A stretch of 64,000 nucleotides of DNA from a virus (Duplodnaviria > Caudoviricetes): the IMG/VR virus record IMGVR_UViG_3300043450_000376, one strand, 5' to 3'. The notes below the pieces were generated by a model, which was given only the letters and a program-made list of their open reading frames with translations, had not been told where the DNA came from and made no database searches. Within the stretch, counting starts at the first letter, position 1; every line of letters begins with the position of its first letter. A program made the position numbers and the translations under genes. Shown piece after piece: positions 17,365 through 26,259 of the stretch.

Positions 17365-18714
17365 ATGTCAAACATTTTAAGATACCAAACTTGGTTAAAT
17401 GAAAACCGTATCTTTGAGGCAGACTCTAGTCTCTTCATTGATTGGAAAGGAAAATTAAGCGGAGCATTTCCTAAATTAGGATTAGCTGGAGAAGGCAAAC
17501 GAATAATTGGAATTGGTGCAAAGTCCGGAAAAGAAGACGCAATGGGAATAACATTTGGCTCAGCTGCAAATCGCGGAACTAAGTGGTCAGTAATTACACC
17601 GCCTAAATCTACTCCGCCAGTTGCAACTACTCCACAATTAACACCGCCTACTATTACCCCATCTGTTGATTTTAAAGGAACAGATTTTCCTTATCCAGAT
17701 AATATTATTACCCCAAACTGGACCATTGCACAAGGTGCAAAGACTCTATTTGATGGTTTTATTATAAATCTGGTTGACTATTTTAAATTAGATCCAACTC
17801 AAGCTAAAAACAATTTTAAATCAATTGCAATTGAAGGAGCAGCCGACGTTGCAACTGCAACGCTAGATGTTCCAGCTGGATATACGAAGCTAGATCATAA
17901 TTATGGTGGAGCTAAACCCAGTAACGAATTTCTTGCAGAGAATCGTGCACTTAAAATGAAAGAAGCAATTGTTAAAGCCCTAACTGCAAATGGCGGACTT
18001 ACTCCAGAATTAGTTACTTTTATATCAGGTAAAATTACAACCACTTTTAAAACAGGTTTACCGAGAGGCGGTCGTTATGTTAAAATCACAACTGCAGCTA
18101 CTCCATATGATGTAAAAACAGCAGGCACAGCAATTCCAGCCACAACTACACCAGGAACAGAAACTCCAGGCCAAGTTGGACCTAGCGGAGAAATTTCTAA
18201 AACCTATTCGGTTCTAACTGATAATTTATTAGAATTCTTTTTTGGAGATGCCAGTACGCATAAAATTGAATCTAGTGCAATTACTCCATTTAGACCAGAT
18301 AAAAATGGTAAATCTGATTTTGTAAAAATTGAAATTTCAGCTTTACAAAATTGGGCTAAAGCATATTTAGGTGGTGAGCTATTAAGTTCAGCTGAAGTTG
18401 CTAATCTTACTGCAACTATTGAAATGGGTGAAGCTGAGACTCGTCAAAATGCATACGGTAAAGAAAGAACCTATTCAATTTCATTTAATGTTCCATCTGG
18501 AAAAGTATTTGCTCCATCTGATGAAGGTAATACTGTTACATGCTCAACTCAAAATAGTAGATATCTAAACCAATTTGGTTATGGAACAGATCAGCAAGGA
18601 ATAAAAACAGGTATGCCATTTGTAATATTCTATACTGCAATTGGAGACGGTCAGTGGGGAATATTAGAAATGAATTCAATTGCAATTGCAAAAGAAACTT
18701 TAATAATGGGATAA
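17365..18714 (+). CDS. capsid-targeted protein with an OmpA/MotB-like domain; paralogue-like to 15508-16779
   Basis: MSNILRYQTWLNE; P/T linker; IAIEGAAD...NEFLAENRALKM. Confidence 0.6.
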   Translation: MSNILRYQTWLNENRIFEADSSLFIDWKGKLSGAFPKLGLAGEGKRIIGIGAKSGKEDAMGITFGSAANRGTKWSVITPPKSTPPVATTPQLTPPTITPSVDFKGTDFPYPDNIITPNWTIAQGAKTLFDGFIINLVDYFKLDPTQAKNNFKSIAIEGAADVATATLDVPAGYTKLDHNYGGAKPSNEFLAENRALKMKEAIVKALTANGGLTPELVTFISGKITTTFKTGLPRGGRYVKITTAATPYDVKTAGTAIPATTTPGTETPGQVGPSGEISKTYSVLTDNLLEFFFGDASTHKIESSAITPFRPDKNGKSDFVKIEISALQNWAKAYLGGELLSSAEVANLTATIEMGEAETRQNAYGKERTYSISFNVPSGKVFAPSDEGNTVTCSTQNSRYLNQFGYGTDQQGIKTGMPFVIFYTAIGDGQWGILEMNSIAIAKETLIMG

Positions 18715-18721
18715 TTTACTT

Positions 18722-19486
18722 ATGCGATACATCAAACTATTTGAAGACCTAGAACCATTTTATCAGCCGAGCCTTAACCCAAGGGTTTGGGGAGTTACTG
18801 ATGTAAATACTGCACCTAAAATCCATCCAGGTTTAAGAAACAGGCTACTTGTTATTGCGCAAGATTTCTATGAAGCCCTTAAAGTTGAGATTCCAATTGA
18901 GGATATCCACTTAACTGGCTCGCTTGCTAATTATAACTGGACTAAGTATTCAGATTTTGATGTGCATGTTCTATTTGATTTTACTAAGATTAATGAAGAT
19001 ACTGCACTAGTTAAAAAAGCACTCGACGGTCAACGATTTATGTGGAATCAGCGTCATCCAGTCCAAATCTTAAGTCATGATGTTGAACTATATGCCCAAG
19101 ATATTAGTGAACCACACATCGCAAGCGGTCTCTATTCTCTCCTAAAAGACGAGTGGATTACAATTCCTCGCTTTACTCCACCTTCAATTGATCCTAAAGA
19201 CGTTAGTCGTAGAGTTGAAGCACTAGAAACTGAAATTGAAATGCTGGCTAAAGAGATTGTTACGGGCGATTTCGGGTTAATTCAGGAGCCTCTAATCTCA
19301 AGAGTTGATTGGCTTAAAGAGAAAATCATGAAAGCTCGCAAGGATGGTCTAAGTGCACGAGGAGAGTTCTCAGTTGAGAACCTAACGTTTAAAGCGCTTA
19401 GAAATTCAGGCCATATTGAAAAACTAATTGATCTAGGCAAAGAAGCCTATCGACGTCGTCACTCAGACGGAAACCCTATTGTATAG
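18722..19486 (+). CDS. Pol-beta-superfamily nucleotidyltransferase with capsid-targeting-like N-terminus
   Basis: TGSLANYNWTKYSDFDVH (GS...DxD) and third Asp in HDVELY; N-terminus MRYIKLFED. Confidence 0.8.
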   Translation: MRYIKLFEDLEPFYQPSLNPRVWGVTDVNTAPKIHPGLRNRLLVIAQDFYEALKVEIPIEDIHLTGSLANYNWTKYSDFDVHVLFDFTKINEDTALVKKALDGQRFMWNQRHPVQILSHDVELYAQDISEPHIASGLYSLLKDEWITIPRFTPPSIDPKDVSRRVEALETEIEMLAKEIVTGDFGLIQEPLISRVDWLKEKIMKARKDGLSARGEFSVENLTFKALRNSGHIEKLIDLGKEAYRRRHSDGNPIV

Positions 19487-19653
19487 TAGAGTAGAATATA
19501 GAATAAATCTCTATACTATGCGATCAAAAATTAAAGCCCTTTCGAATTTTGCACTATCAAGCATTTGGAATTTTGTCTTTACCTTATTAGGCATAAGCCT
19601 TGCACTTCGTTTTATTGCACTATTCGTTAAGTACTGTATATTACAGAATTAGT

Positions 19654-19860
19654 ATGAAAGAATTAGACTATATCGAAATCGCTAAGTGGATTAACCGAAT
19701 AGTCGAATCCTCTACCACTAACGCTCATCTTAAATGTTGCGAAAAGTTATTGGATCAATATCAAGATCTAATTATCAAACAACGGGATTCTCAATTGTGG
19801 ACACTGCACCACCAAATTCGCAACCATATTTTTACCAAAGCCTGTAAAATTAAAGTATAA
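19654..19860 (+). CDS. hypothetical protein
   Basis: ATG inside ORF-track entry 19600-19860. Confidence 0.55.
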   Translation: MKELDYIEIAKWINRIVESSTTNAHLKCCEKLLDQYQDLIIKQRDSQLWTLHHQIRNHIFTKACKIKV

Positions 19861-20000
19861 TAATACTATGAAAATAGTGTACATGGAGCAGACCATTAAT
19901 TGGCTTGCTCAAATAGATCCTGAGCGGGTCAATGAACTTATAAAAGTCAGTACTGTTAAAAAGACAGAATCTGGTATTAATTATTTAGTAATAGAAGAAG

Positions 20001-20201
20001 ATGGAAACACAAACACAAAAGGCAATTAACGAAGCTCGTGAAATTATGGAAAGCTTTGATCCAAGTCCAGCAATGACAATTGGATTTGACTTGCCGACTT
20101 ATACCCTAACCGCAGAGCAAATGATTAAAATCGCTGGCGCTCTTTACCTGGCCGATTGCGAAATTGGCGAACTTACAATTAATAAATGCAAATGTAACTA
20201 A
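20001..20201 (+). CDS. hypothetical protein
   Basis: ORF track. Confidence 0.6.
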   Translation: METQTQKAINEAREIMESFDPSPAMTIGFDLPTYTLTAEQMIKIAGALYLADCEIGELTINKCKCN

Positions 20202-20202
20202 T

Positions 20203-20502
20203 ATGCCAACTCTAATTAAAATACACCAAGACGGCCGAGAAGAATTTAAGGAACAGGGCCAAAGAGTAGAGGCAATTGCTTGGAATGAAGACAAGACTTT
20301 TAAAGAAATTGTTGATTCAAAACCAGTGGTTGGCTGTTCTCTCTTAGTAGGATCAGTTACCGCTAGATCTTATTCAAGTCAAGATTATTGGTTAACGACA
20401 GTCGTAACTGAAATCTTAGAAGAGAAAAAAGATGCAGAAGGTCATTTAGAATTTGTAAAATTCAAGACCAAAAACTCAGATTATATCTTAACGAACAGAT
20501 AA
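20203..20502 (+). CDS. hypothetical protein
   Basis: Internal ATG of ORF-track entry 20164-20502. Confidence 0.7.
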   Translation: MPTLIKIHQDGREEFKEQGQRVEAIAWNEDKTFKEIVDSKPVVGCSLLVGSVTARSYSSQDYWLTTVVTEILEEKKDAEGHLEFVKFKTKNSDYILTNR

Positions 20503-20503
20503 A

Positions 20504-21076
20504 ATGAAAGTAATATTTTTAGATCATGATGGAGTTATTTGCTTAGCCACTGAATGGGGCGGCAGATTTAAAAAGCAACAAAAACACGGCCGAAAACTGA
20601 GTCAATCTGTTTTGTCTCTTCCAGTAGATTGTAGGTTTGATAACTTTAATAAGAAAGCTATTCTAATCTTAAATGAAATTATCCAAGAAACTGGCGCAGA
20701 GATTGTTGTAAGTTCAGATTGGAAACGTTGGGCAACCTGCGAAGAGATGGGAGACTATTATGAAGCTAAAGGCATCTGTAAGAAACCTATTGCATTTACA
20801 CCTGATCTTAGAGACTGTACAATACATGGTACTAATTTTATATGGAGTCCTCAATGGGATTTGGAACAAACCAGATCTATTGAAATCAAACAATATTTAC
20901 ACGACCATCCTGAAGTAACGCATTGGGTTGCAATCGATGACTTAAATATGGGAATGGATGAGGACCATAAAGTTTGGGGTTTATCAAATTTTGTCTTAAC
21001 TCCAAAATCAAGAGAAGGCATAAAACAAAGCGGAATAAAAGAATCAATTTTAAAATTTTTAAAAGATGGGAACTAA
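20504..21076 (+). CDS. HAD-family phosphatase, Swiss-Army-knife RNA-repair-like (HAD_SAK_2)
   Basis: VIFLDHDGVI, IVVSSDWK, WVAIDD. Confidence 0.85.
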   Translation: MKVIFLDHDGVICLATEWGGRFKKQQKHGRKLSQSVLSLPVDCRFDNFNKKAILILNEIIQETGAEIVVSSDWKRWATCEEMGDYYEAKGICKKPIAFTPDLRDCTIHGTNFIWSPQWDLEQTRSIEIKQYLHDHPEVTHWVAIDDLNMGMDEDHKVWGLSNFVLTPKSREGIKQSGIKESILKFLKDGN

Positions 21077-21563
21077 TTATTATAGAATTCCGACTGAATC
21101 GGAAATGCAAGAGCGTAAAGCTCGTTTAGAAAATCGTATTCAAGAATTAGAGATGACGGCTGGAAATATTGAACGCAAATTTAATACGATTCCAACTCAT
21201 GATTCAGATTATGTTTGGGAATATGAAACTCCATGGGACGAGTTTTGTAACAACACTAATATCCATTTAGGAAAACGCAGCAGCGGCTGGAAGTTTAGCT
21301 GGAATTTCCATAAGAATAAGTTTTACAATAACAAAGAAACCCTATTCGCCTTTATTAGAGCGGGCCGAATTGTTGATGAATATGGTACAGAACTTCCAGC
21401 AGAAGAATTTATTCAAATGGCCATGGAATGGGGTCAACCCGATGGCTTAATTGCAGATGAAGCTTACCTAAGAAAGTACGAACGTAATATTGGTAATTGG
21501 CAAGACTATGTGGATCGGGACATTGACGGGCTTAGGGTTTCTTCTTCAACTGAATTCTGTTAA
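21066..21563 (+). CDS. phage hypothetical protein
   Basis: MGTNYY...IHLGKRSSGWKF...IVDEYG motifs. Confidence 0.75.
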   Translation: MGTNYYRIPTESEMQERKARLENRIQELEMTAGNIERKFNTIPTHDSDYVWEYETPWDEFCNNTNIHLGKRSSGWKFSWNFHKNKFYNNKETLFAFIRAGRIVDEYGTELPAEEFIQMAMEWGQPDGLIADEAYLRKYERNIGNWQDYVDRDIDGLRVSSSTEFC

Positions 21564-21604
21564 AATTAACTAGACCCTAGTCAATAATTAAAGTATAATA
21601 CAGT

Positions 21605-21910
21605 ATGGAAAACCAAGAAGTTTTAATATGTGAATGTCACTCAACTGATCATCAGATCCTATTTATGTGGGAACACGATCCATTTATCGATGATCAATTG
21701 GCTTTTATGCACATACACTTATCGAATTACCGAGGTTTTTGGCAAAGACTTCGCTATGGCTTAGCCTATGCGTTTGGTAGAAAGAGCCGCTTTGGGGCTT
21801 TTGATGAAATTATCTTAGATCCAAAGGATGCTGATAAACTACAAAAGGTAGTTAATCACCTCAAAAATATAAAGAAACAACGTGAAAAGAAAGTTAAGAG
21901 AACTGTTTGA
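21605..21910 (+). CDS. hypothetical protein
   Basis: ICECHSTDH...FWQRLRY. Confidence 0.7.
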   Translation: MENQEVLICECHSTDHQILFMWEHDPFIDDQLAFMHIHLSNYRGFWQRLRYGLAYAFGRKSRFGAFDEIILDPKDADKLQKVVNHLKNIKKQREKKVKRTV

Positions 21911-22085
21911 TAATCTTGCTAAAAAAGCAGGATATGTAACAGTTGCCGAGGCTGAGAAACTTGTAATAGACCAGCGCGAAAGATGCGCGGTTAGAGCAAG
22001 TCAAAGATTCCAACATGCTAAAAGTAATAGAGACATGTTTGGTGCAGTAATAAACACATGGTTAGTAACAGAAAAACAAGACTAG
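21882..22085 (+). CDS. hypothetical protein
   Basis: ORF track. Confidence 0.5.
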   Translation: MKRKLRELFDNLAKKAGYVTVAEAEKLVIDQRERCAVRASQRFQHAKSNRDMFGAVINTWLVTEKQD

Positions 22086-22090
22086 AAAAC

Positions 22091-22456
22091 ATGCAAATTG
22101 CCCTAATTGCACACGATGGAAAGAAAGCCGAAATGGTTGCCTTCCTAATGGAAAATCGTGAAGCACTTAACGGAATTAATCTTATCTCAACCGGTACTAC
22201 CGGAAAATTTGTTGAGCAGGCAGGACTTAAGGTAACGCGAGTCCTGTCTGGCCCAATGGGTGGAGACGCCCAAATTGCAGCTAAGATTGCTGAAAAGGAA
22301 ATCGAAGCAGTAATATTTTTTAGAGATCCACTCAATGCCCATCCACACGAACCAGATGTTCAAATGTTAATGCGTATTTGTGATGTACATAATATCCCGC
22401 TTGCAACAAATCCTAGTTGTGCTCGCCTTATCTTAAAAGGCCTACATAGTAATTGA
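22091..22456 (+). CDS. mgsA: methylglyoxal synthase
   Basis: IALIAHDGKK, STGTTG, SGPMGGDAQI, FFRDPLNAHPHEPDV, CDVHNIPLATN. Confidence 0.95.
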   Translation: MQIALIAHDGKKAEMVAFLMENREALNGINLISTGTTGKFVEQAGLKVTRVLSGPMGGDAQIAAKIAEKEIEAVIFFRDPLNAHPHEPDVQMLMRICDVHNIPLATNPSCARLILKGLHSN

Positions 22457-22471
22457 TAAATATTTACAGTT

Positions 22472-22723
22472 ATGCAATTTATAGAATTTTATATTACAAC
22501 GTACAACTCTACAACAGAAAGAGTTATTGAAACTATCCTTGTTCAACTAGCTGATGCTGGCATGGTTAAAAAGTGGAAGACTCACGAAAGTGATTCGACT
22601 CTGCACTGGACTGTAACTGGCAGCTGGGCTGCGTATTCAACAGTTTCAGCAGTCGATAAGAATAAATTTATTTCAGAATCAGAACCAATCTCTTTTAGTC
22701 TAGAGCACTTCGAGGAAGATTAA
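22472..22723 (+). CDS. hypothetical protein
   Basis: ORF track; GATAAATA at 22455. Confidence 0.65.
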   Translation: MQFIEFYITTYNSTTERVIETILVQLADAGMVKKWKTHESDSTLHWTVTGSWAAYSTVSAVDKNKFISESEPISFSLEHFEED

Positions 22724-22795
22724 TAAACATAGTGTTAATGATTTGATAATCCTAAAACAGATTATCGGATTGGCAAAGCCAATAGATAACCTTAT

Positions 22796-23500
22796 ATGAT
22801 TAGTACCAAATTAACTATAGTTATTCCATGTAAAAACGAGGGCAATACAATTTATGCCTGCCTACTTGCCATCTCGAACCAAGTAGATTCCAACAACCTT
22901 TCCATTATTATTGCAGATAGTTCAGATAACCAAGAGTCTCTTGATATTTTAGCTAAGTGCAAATTTGATTTTAAAAATCTAGATATTCAAATAGTAAATG
23001 GCGGATTTCCAGCTCAAGCCAGATTAAATGGTTCGTATCTAGTTAAAACAGATTATCTACTCTTTTTAGATGCAGATATTATGCTAACTGATATTAATAC
23101 ACTAATACAGTCTATAATTTATTGCTGCGCTAACCCACATATTGATTTACTTACAATACCTTTTTACACAGATCCTAAATGGAACTGGGCTTTTAAAGCG
23201 TTTAAATTCTTTCAAATGATTGGCCCACCATTTGCAATAGGCGGCTTTCAATTATGGAAAACCTCAGCCTATTGGAAAACTGGCGGTTATAATCCAGCTG
23301 AAATATTTGCAGAAGACTATTCAATTTCTTCTAAAGTAGATCGAGCTAATTTTAAAATGCTAAAGTCTAGTCTTGCATATACTTCGCCAAGACGATTTGA
23401 GAATAAGGGTATCTTTTATATGTTTAAGTTAATGATCTTAAGCTATCTTAACCGAAATAAACCAGACTTTTTTAAAAAACACCATGATTATTGGACATGA
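22796..23500 (+). CDS. glycosyltransferase family 2
   Basis: IVIPCKNE, IIIADSS, LLFLDAD, FAEDY. Confidence 0.9.
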   Translation: MISTKLTIVIPCKNEGNTIYACLLAISNQVDSNNLSIIIADSSDNQESLDILAKCKFDFKNLDIQIVNGGFPAQARLNGSYLVKTDYLLFLDADIMLTDINTLIQSIIYCCANPHIDLLTIPFYTDPKWNWAFKAFKFFQMIGPPFAIGGFQLWKTSAYWKTGGYNPAEIFAEDYSISSKVDRANFKMLKSSLAYTSPRRFENKGIFYMFKLMILSYLNRNKPDFFKKHHDYWT

Positions 23501-24240
23501 CCTATCAATCTATAATAGTATCTGACCTACACTTAGGAACAAAAGATTCTAAATGTGAAGAGTTCTTGGAATTCTTAGATACACATAAAACCCATCAGCT
23601 AATTCTTAATGGAGACATTATAGATGGTTGGGCCATTAATAGAGGAGGCAAGTGGAGAAAAGAACACACTAAAGTTCTTGGTAAATTACTAAGACTTTCA
23701 AATGATATTCAAATTATTTGGATTAGAGGAAACCACGACGACTTCTTAACTGAATTTATTGGCAATGCCTTTGGCGGAATTGAATTTAGAGAAGACTATA
23801 CGCTAGAATATTCTGAATGGATTGAATCTGATGTATGGAAGCGCAAAAGTTACTATGTTTTTCATGGAGATGTTATTGATGTTTTTATTACTAACTATAA
23901 ATGGTTAGCCAAAATTGGAGCAGTAGGCTACGACTTTGCACTATGGTTAAATCGTATCTACAATGGATATAGAAAATGGAGAAATCTTCCATATCAATCA
24001 ATTTCTCAGAAAATAAAGGCTGGAGTTAAAGTTGCAACCAATTATGTTAATGATTTTGAAGTAACAGCTCTGCGTATGGCAGAAAAGAAAGGCTGTCATG
24101 GAGTTATTTGTGGTCACATTCACCAACCAGCTGACCGCTATATCAATGGTCACCACTACCTAAACTCTGGAGACTGGGTTGAAAACATGTCTGCTATCTT
24201 AATTGATAACAAGGGCCATGTTAAATTATATCAAGCTTAA
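23491..24240 (+). CDS. LpxH-like UDP-2,3-diacylglucosamine diphosphatase / metallophosphoesterase
   Basis: SDLHLG, LNGDIID, GNHD, FHGD, GHIH, NSGDWVE. Confidence 0.85.
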   Translation: MDMTYQSIIVSDLHLGTKDSKCEEFLEFLDTHKTHQLILNGDIIDGWAINRGGKWRKEHTKVLGKLLRLSNDIQIIWIRGNHDDFLTEFIGNAFGGIEFREDYTLEYSEWIESDVWKRKSYYVFHGDVIDVFITNYKWLAKIGAVGYDFALWLNRIYNGYRKWRNLPYQSISQKIKAGVKVATNYVNDFEVTALRMAEKKGCHGVICGHIHQPADRYINGHHYLNSGDWVENMSAILIDNKGHVKLYQA

Positions 24241-24423
24241 ACTCTTTCAGCGTACACCAGTATAATAATCCATGAAATGGAAGAAATATAACTGGACTTT
24301 CCTTGTTACATGGGTACTTGTCCTAATTACAGCAGGCTTTCTTTGGGGTAAGCTAATCGCCTGGTTAACGTCTTAGCCAAACCCAATAGTATTGGGTATA
24401 TTAATTTAAATTACGTCTAAACG

Positions 24424-26259
24424 ATGGCATCAACAAAAGAAATTAGTAAGAAATACCAGCTGCTTGATGAGATCGAGCACGTCCTAAAAAGACCTGGCAT
24501 GTATATTGGTTCAACTAAACCTCATACAAGTCAGGAGTGGATCCTTAAAGATGGTATGTATGAGAAAGAGGAATTGACTTACAATCCCGGCTTTCTAAAG
24601 TTATTTGATGAGATTATCTCAAACTCAGTCGACGAGCATAAACGCTCAGGTAAAATTAACCAGATCAAAGTTGTTATTAAAGACAACCTTATTTCAGTTT
24701 GGGATAATGGCGGAATTCCAGTAGTTCAGCATCCAGAACATAAAGTCTGGATTCCCGAATTAATCTTTTCTAACCTTAGAGCTGGCTCTAATTTTAATGA
24801 TGATGAAGGTAGAATTGTAGCTGGAACAAATGGAGTTGGTGCATCACTAGTTAATATCTTTTCTAATAAGTTTAAGATTGAAACAGCTGATGGTAAAAAG
24901 AGACTAGTTCAGCTTTTTACCAAAAACATGTCAGTTAAGGGTGTTGCAAAGATTTCTGCATCAACTCAAGGTTTTACTGAAATTTCATATGAAACAGATT
25001 TAAGCAGATTTGAAATGAAATCTCTTGATGAAGCTCATATTAAAATGATGCGTAAACGTGTTATTGATATTGCAGCAGCAAATCCGGGTCTTAAGCTAGA
25101 ATTTAATGGCGAGAAATTTAGATTTAAAAATTTCAAAGAATACGTTGAGCTCTATGTTCAAGCTCCAGTTTGGGAAAAGAGCGAGCATTGGGAATTTGCA
25201 GTTGGCCATTCAAAAGATGGCTATCAATCTATTTCATTTGTTAATTCAATTGAAACTAAAGATGGCGGTACCCATGAAAACTATATCTTAAATCAGGTAA
25301 TTGAAGACCTAAGAGTCTTAATTAAAAAGAAACATAAGGTTGAAGTTAAACCTTCGGAAATTCGTAATCATGTTTTCTTATTCATAAACTGTACAGTAAT
25401 TAATCCGGCGTTTTCTTCTCAAACCAAAGAAAAACTAATTACTGAACCTAAAGAATTTGGAACAGCCCATACTGTTTCAGACAAATTTGCTAAAGCAGTT
25501 TTTGCATCAGAAATAATTGAATCATTATTAGATTGGATTCAACAAAAGAAACAGGCTGAAGAGAGAGCTGAGTTACGTAAACTTAATAAATCTCTTGCAA
25601 CAACTAAAGTTCTTAAGTTAATTGATGCTAAAGGCAAGGACAGAAGCAAGTGTTCGCTTGGAATATTTGAAGGTATGTCTGCCCTATCAGCAGTTCGTAA
25701 GTTTAGAGATCCTCAGGTATTTGGAGCATTTCCACTTAAAGGTAAATTTCTTAATGTAAGTGAGATGAAGAATACTGAAGTTATTAAGAACGAAGAAGTA
25801 GTTCAGCTGATGGCATCGTTAGGAATTAAATTAGGAGAAGATCCCAAGGAAATGCGTTATAATAAAATCCTAATCTATACTGATGCTGATCCAGATGGAG
25901 ACTCGATTGCAGGTTTACTAATTAACTTTTTTAATAGGTATTGGCCAGAATTAGTAACAGAAGGCAAGGTCTTTAAAGTAATGACGCCGCTTGTTGTTGC
26001 AAAGAAAGGTAAAGAAATCATGCCATTTTATACAGCCGATTCTTATTTAAAATGGGAAGCTGAAACTAAAATGACAGGCTGGACAGTTGAATACAAAAAA
26101 GGTCTTGCAGCACTTGAAGATGCAGAGTATCGAGAGATTATTCATAACCCAAATTTAGTACAATTAACTAACGATAAACAGGCAGCGAAATCACTAGACG
26201 ACTGGTTCGGAAATGATTCAGCTCCTCGAAAAGCACGTCTTTTACAATTTTCAATATGA
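24424..26259 (+). CDS. type IIA DNA topoisomerase, ATPase/TOPRIM subunit (T4 gp39+gp60-like)
   Basis: RPGMYIGS, DEIISNSVDE, GTNGVG, EGMSA, PLKGK, YTDADPDG. Confidence 0.95.
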   Translation: MASTKEISKKYQLLDEIEHVLKRPGMYIGSTKPHTSQEWILKDGMYEKEELTYNPGFLKLFDEIISNSVDEHKRSGKINQIKVVIKDNLISVWDNGGIPVVQHPEHKVWIPELIFSNLRAGSNFNDDEGRIVAGTNGVGASLVNIFSNKFKIETADGKKRLVQLFTKNMSVKGVAKISASTQGFTEISYETDLSRFEMKSLDEAHIKMMRKRVIDIAAANPGLKLEFNGEKFRFKNFKEYVELYVQAPVWEKSEHWEFAVGHSKDGYQSISFVNSIETKDGGTHENYILNQVIEDLRVLIKKKHKVEVKPSEIRNHVFLFINCTVINPAFSSQTKEKLITEPKEFGTAHTVSDKFAKAVFASEIIESLLDWIQQKKQAEERAELRKLNKSLATTKVLKLIDAKGKDRSKCSLGIFEGMSALSAVRKFRDPQVFGAFPLKGKFLNVSEMKNTEVIKNEEVVQLMASLGIKLGEDPKEMRYNKILIYTDADPDGDSIAGLLINFFNRYWPELVTEGKVFKVMTPLVVAKKGKEIMPFYTADSYLKWEAETKMTGWTVEYKKGLAALEDAEYREIIHNPNLVQLTNDKQAAKSLDDWFGNDSAPRKARLLQFSI

